Shown here: piece by piece, positions 43,440-46,610 of the stretch | Position numbering within the stretch: position 1 is the stretch's first letter | Layout: every line of letters begins with the position of its first letter | Virus record (IMG/VR): IMGVR_UViG_3300034993_000035 | Coordinates: 1 to 46,610 of that record | Length of the DNA: 46,610 bases | Source of the DNA: a virus | Lineage: Duplodnaviria; Caudoviricetes | Reading direction: 5' to 3' (one strand) | Made by a program: the position numbers and the translations under genes | The notes under the pieces: generated by a model | Told to the model about the DNA's origin: nothing | Seen by the model: the letters and a program-made list of their open reading frames with translations, nothing else | The model's database searches: none

Positions 43440-45239
43440 TTACCGCTTCGCCAGTCGCGCGAGATACCGCTGGAGGATCATCGGGTCATTGACCGGCAGG
43501 CCCGCTACGCGCAAGGCTTCCGTAATCTGCGCCTTCGCCTCAGCCGGCACGTCGTTGATCGTCATCTGATAGATGGGCTTCACCGTCGTGCCCCCGCCGA
43601 CCGTGAACCCGACCATCGACGGCCCGACCCCAATCCCGAGGTACCGGCCCGGCGTCGTGGCCGTGACCTGTTGCGAGAAGATGTCGTCAATCACCTGTTG
43701 CACGTCGGACGCCTTAGCGGTCTTCGGCAAGAGTTCCACGCGGTCCATCACCAAGCGCCGCATCGTCGCAATCCGACCGATCAGCGTCGAGTCCGCCTTC
43801 TGCTGCGCCTCGGTCGGAGTCGCATCCACGCCGGTAAAGCGCGTCCAGGTCTCGTTGAACGCATTCCTGACCATCGGGCTCGTCCCGTCCAAGGTTTCGC
43901 GCTGCTTGTCCTTCTGCGCGAGCGTGGCGTCTTTCACGGCGAGCCGCGTCTGCATCAGGCGATCGAAGTCCTGATCGTCCAGCTCGTTGCGGAGCTTCCA
44001 CGGATCAACCGCCATGAACTTGTCGGCATCGTCTCGCGCGAGATCCATCAGCCGCCAGAACTCACGGTTGCCGTAGTCACTGGTCTTCCGGGCTTTCCCG
44101 GCATAAAGGTTCGACCGGAACGCCAGATAGTTGTCGGCGTCCTCGCCGAGCCGCTGCAGCTCCGCCGGGGTCGGTTCAAACGCCTGCCGCTGGGTATACG
44201 CTGCGACGGTCCGCGTATAAAGGTCTTGCTGGAAGGACTGATAGGACTCCGCCTGTGCGACCTTCTGGACGTTGTGCTTGTCCTTCAGCCGCGCCACCGT
44301 GGCATCGCGGACATCGGTATTCTCAATCTTGTCGGCTTCTTCGATCTGCTTCGTCAGTGACTCCAGACCCAGCGCCGAGATCCGATCGGCGTGCTGCCGA
44401 GAGGCGTCCTTGACCGACCCGATCTCGATGTTCTTCCGGATCGCCGTCGCCGCTTCTGCGCTGATCTGCCCTTCAACCTGCTCGAAGTAGGCTTGTGCGC
44501 CCGCCGTGTTCCCGCGCGCCGTGAGCGCCGTGATCACCGACGTGTAGGCCGACGTCCGAAACGCGGTTTTGACCTGTTCGGTCTGCTCCGGTCCCCAGCC
44601 GCGATCCTTGGCCTGCTGGTCAATCGCGGCGAGTCCGTCGCCCACGTCCTGCCCGACCCGGCGCGGATCGTCAGCCGCCAGCCCCACCGTCGAGGTGATG
44701 TTCGTCAGCTTCGACTGAAACTCCTGATCCTGGTAGGCGTTCTGTTCCCGGAACGTGTGGCGCTCAAGGTCGAGTTGGAAGTCCGTCCCGAGCCGGCCGC
44801 GAATCGCCTCGAAGGACGCCCGCTGCGGCTCATTGGCCATCCCGCCGGCAATACCATCGGCGTACTTGTTGAAAGCGTCACGGTACTCCCCGGCCGCCCC
44901 CATCGCGTCCAAGCCCTTCCGGGCAAAGGGGCTGTTCTCGCCCGTGGACGTGGCCGAGATCCATTCCCGCAGCCGGTTCTCCGCGCCCATGACCACGAGG
45001 CGGTTCGAGCGATCGGCCAGTTCTTCCTGCGCACGCCGCTGCTCGGCCTGCTGGCGCCCGTGGAGCGCGAGCGCGTCCCGGCTGAGGTCCGCGAACACTC
45101 CCGCACTGACCGCCAGCGTACGGGCCTCGTCGCGGGCGACACCGGCCCCTAAGGCGTCCGGCGTGAAGGCAGGCGACCGCCGCATCGACGGGAGGCCCGC
45201 CGGTTCGACACGCGAGGAGTACGTGGGGACGCGCGGCAT
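43440..45239 (-). CDS. Internal virion / ejection protein (599 aa)
   Basis: MPRVPTY start, KG.DA motif, helical; second of three ejection genes. Confidence 0.75.
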   Translation of the reverse strand: MPRVPTYSSRVEPAGLPSMRRSPAFTPDALGAGVARDEARTLAVSAGVFADLSRDALALHGRQQAEQRRAQEELADRSNRLVVMGAENRLREWISATSTGENSPFARKGLDAMGAAGEYRDAFNKYADGIAGGMANEPQRASFEAIRGRLGTDFQLDLERHTFREQNAYQDQEFQSKLTNITSTVGLAADDPRRVGQDVGDGLAAIDQQAKDRGWGPEQTEQVKTAFRTSAYTSVITALTARGNTAGAQAYFEQVEGQISAEAATAIRKNIEIGSVKDASRQHADRISALGLESLTKQIEEADKIENTDVRDATVARLKDKHNVQKVAQAESYQSFQQDLYTRTVAAYTQRQAFEPTPAELQRLGEDADNYLAFRSNLYAGKARKTSDYGNREFWRLMDLARDDADKFMAVDPWKLRNELDDQDFDRLMQTRLAVKDATLAQKDKQRETLDGTSPMVRNAFNETWTRFTGVDATPTEAQQKADSTLIGRIATMRRLVMDRVELLPKTAKASDVQQVIDDIFSQQVTATTPGRYLGIGVGPSMVGFTVGGGTTVKPIYQMTINDVPAEAKAQITEALRVAGLPVNDPMILQRYLARLAKR

Positions 45240-45835
45240 CAGAGGTGGATGAGTGACGATTGAATGCGCGGCCCAGTGCCGCCGCCGCGATTACCGAACC
45301 CGTACCGATTGGCCAGGAGCGACGTGCCCGCCCCGAGCAGCATGCCGCCCGCCGCCCAGTTGGCCGCGCTCCGCTGCGCCCGGCCGGACTCCAGCGCCGC
45401 AATGCCGGTCTTCCGCATAATGTGGGCGCGCGCGCGGAGATCCACGGCTTCGACACGGAGGCCCAGCGCCTCCCGAGCGGCATTGTTCCGAATCATCAAG
45501 GCGTCGAGCTCGCCGAGATAGGCCGTATCGGCCTGCACATCCACCGCCGAGCCGAAGTTGACATCGATCCCCGAGGCCGCTTGAGTCGCCCGCTGCGTGC
45601 CGATGAACTTCTCCACGTCCTGCCGGAACCGTGTTTCCGTGAAGCGCCCGCGGTTGATCGCGTCGTCGGCCATGATCTCGGCCATCGCCGCGTTCCAGTC
45701 GTAGACCTTCGCGTTGAGATCGGCGGCTTCTTTCTCGCGCTGCGCGGCGGTCTGCGCCGCCGAGCCCGCACGCCGGGTCTGCACCGCGCCGTAGATCGCA
45801 GTCCCGATGCCGATGGCCGCAGGAATCCAGCCCAT
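45239..45835 (-). CDS. Internal virion (pilot) protein
   Basis: Hydrophobic Gly/Ala N-terminus; DAI.RG...G.QRA.QAASG.D...GSA...GELDAL.IR.NA.REA. Confidence 0.85.
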   Translation of the reverse strand: MGWIPAAIGIGTAIYGAVQTRRAGSAAQTAAQREKEAADLNAKVYDWNAAMAEIMADDAINRGRFTETRFRQDVEKFIGTQRATQAASGIDVNFGSAVDVQADTAYLGELDALMIRNNAAREALGLRVEAVDLRARAHIMRKTGIAALESGRAQRSAANWAAGGMLLGAGTSLLANRYGFGNRGGGTGPRIQSSLIHL

Positions 45836-46610
45836 CAGCCGCCGGTCTCCGCCATTGGGATCACACTCAGAATCGTGAGCGGCAGCGGCCGCGCCATCCG
45901 CAGGAACACCCGGCCTTCGTCATTCCAGGATGTCGTGAGCGGAATGTCCGGCACGAGGCCCGAGAACTCGCTGATCCCGTCCGTCGGCGCCGGCTGCGCC
46001 GCCAGCGTGCCCGTCGTCGTCCCGACCTGAAACTGCCGATCCGACTTCCAGAGGAGCAGCGAGGCGCCGCCCACGCGCTTCTTCCGCGCGCGGACATCGG
46101 AGTCAGCTATGTCGAGATCCAGTGTTTCCAGATCGGACTCGTAGAGCAGGCCCGCATGAATCGGCACGGTGTAGGTATCTCCGAGCGTGACCGTGCCGCT
46201 CGACACCGTGAACGTCCCGATGTAGACGCCGTTCGCCACGACGCCCACCGTCTGCCCTTCCAGATGATCCAGGCCGGTCAAGCTGGAGGCCGTGCCGCCG
46301 GAGACGAGCGACAGCGACGAATCGAGAAAGATCGCATCAGCCGCGAGTGTGCTAATCTCGCGCGACTCCAGCCGCTCGATGTAGCGCACCGTGCTGCCGC
46401 CCACCGAGCGCGCAATCACCGCGTACAGCACGTCCTCGTCTTCCTCAGGGACCACCGCCAGCGATTCGATGTCGCTCTCACCGGCTGCGGTCGAGGTGAC
46501 GTGCTGGTGCCAGCCGTAGATGTCCTGCTCCCTGAGGTACGTCATCCCGAGCAGTCGCCCATCGGAGCGCCGCGCCCAGACGATGGAGTTGTCGTTCTGC
46601 TGGTAGACGA
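45835..46610 (-). CDS. Tail tubular protein B, C-terminal part (continues from 1-1607)
   Basis: VW..RSDG.L.GMTY.REQ...GWH.H; RYIERL; GLDHLEG.TV; PLPLTILSV. Confidence 0.92.
   Translation of the reverse strand, partial: VYQQNDNSIVWARRSDGRLLGMTYLREQDIYGWHQHVTSTAAGESDIESLAVVPEEDEDVLYAVIARSVGGSTVRYIERLESREISTLAADAIFLDSSLSLVSGGTASSLTGLDHLEGQTVGVVANGVYIGTFTVSSGTVTLGDTYTVPIHAGLLYESDLETLDLDIADSDVRARKKRVGGASLLLWKSDRQFQVGTTTGTLAAQPAPTDGISEFSGLVPDIPLTTSWNDEGRVFLRMARPLPLTILSVIPMAETGG
46484..46610. repeat. 127-bp terminal direct repeat, right copy
   Basis: Identical to 1-127. Confidence 0.97.

Overview
The window is an apparently complete, circularly permuted, GC-rich temperate podovirus genome. Bases 1-127 are identical to 46484-46610, so the unit length is 46,483 bp. 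The virion module is of BPP-1/epsilon15 type: TerS, TerL, portal, Bbp19-like protein, scaffold, major capsid, Bbp16-like cement, tail tubular A and B, and three ejection proteins, the largest 2074 aa with an ADP-ribosyltransferase-like insert. Nearly all genes are on the minus strand. A plus-strand immunity/integration block (cI-like repressor, lipoprotein, tyrosine integrase) lies next to an attP made of the 5' half of tRNA-Arg(UCU). The early region encodes Cro, a CII-like protein, Xis, ERF, YqaJ exonuclease, a NinB-like protein, a sigma-70-family factor, a DUF1376 replication initiator and many small accessory genes. Most unusual observations: (1) the tail-fibre locus has no recognisable canonical fibre and instead holds five consecutive signal-peptide-bearing, paired-cysteine proteins, one with tail-fibre-type repeats, while lectin-like domains are fused to the core tail proteins; (2) an RNA-structure-rich leader upstream of the replication initiator, with complementary SD and anti-SD loops and a translationally coupled leader peptide; (3) a candidate -1 frameshift fusing a Zn-finger/wHTH protein to the sigma factor; (4) an integrase that appears to lack the first catalytic Arg. 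All calls come from motif recognition by eye; no searches or folding programs were run.
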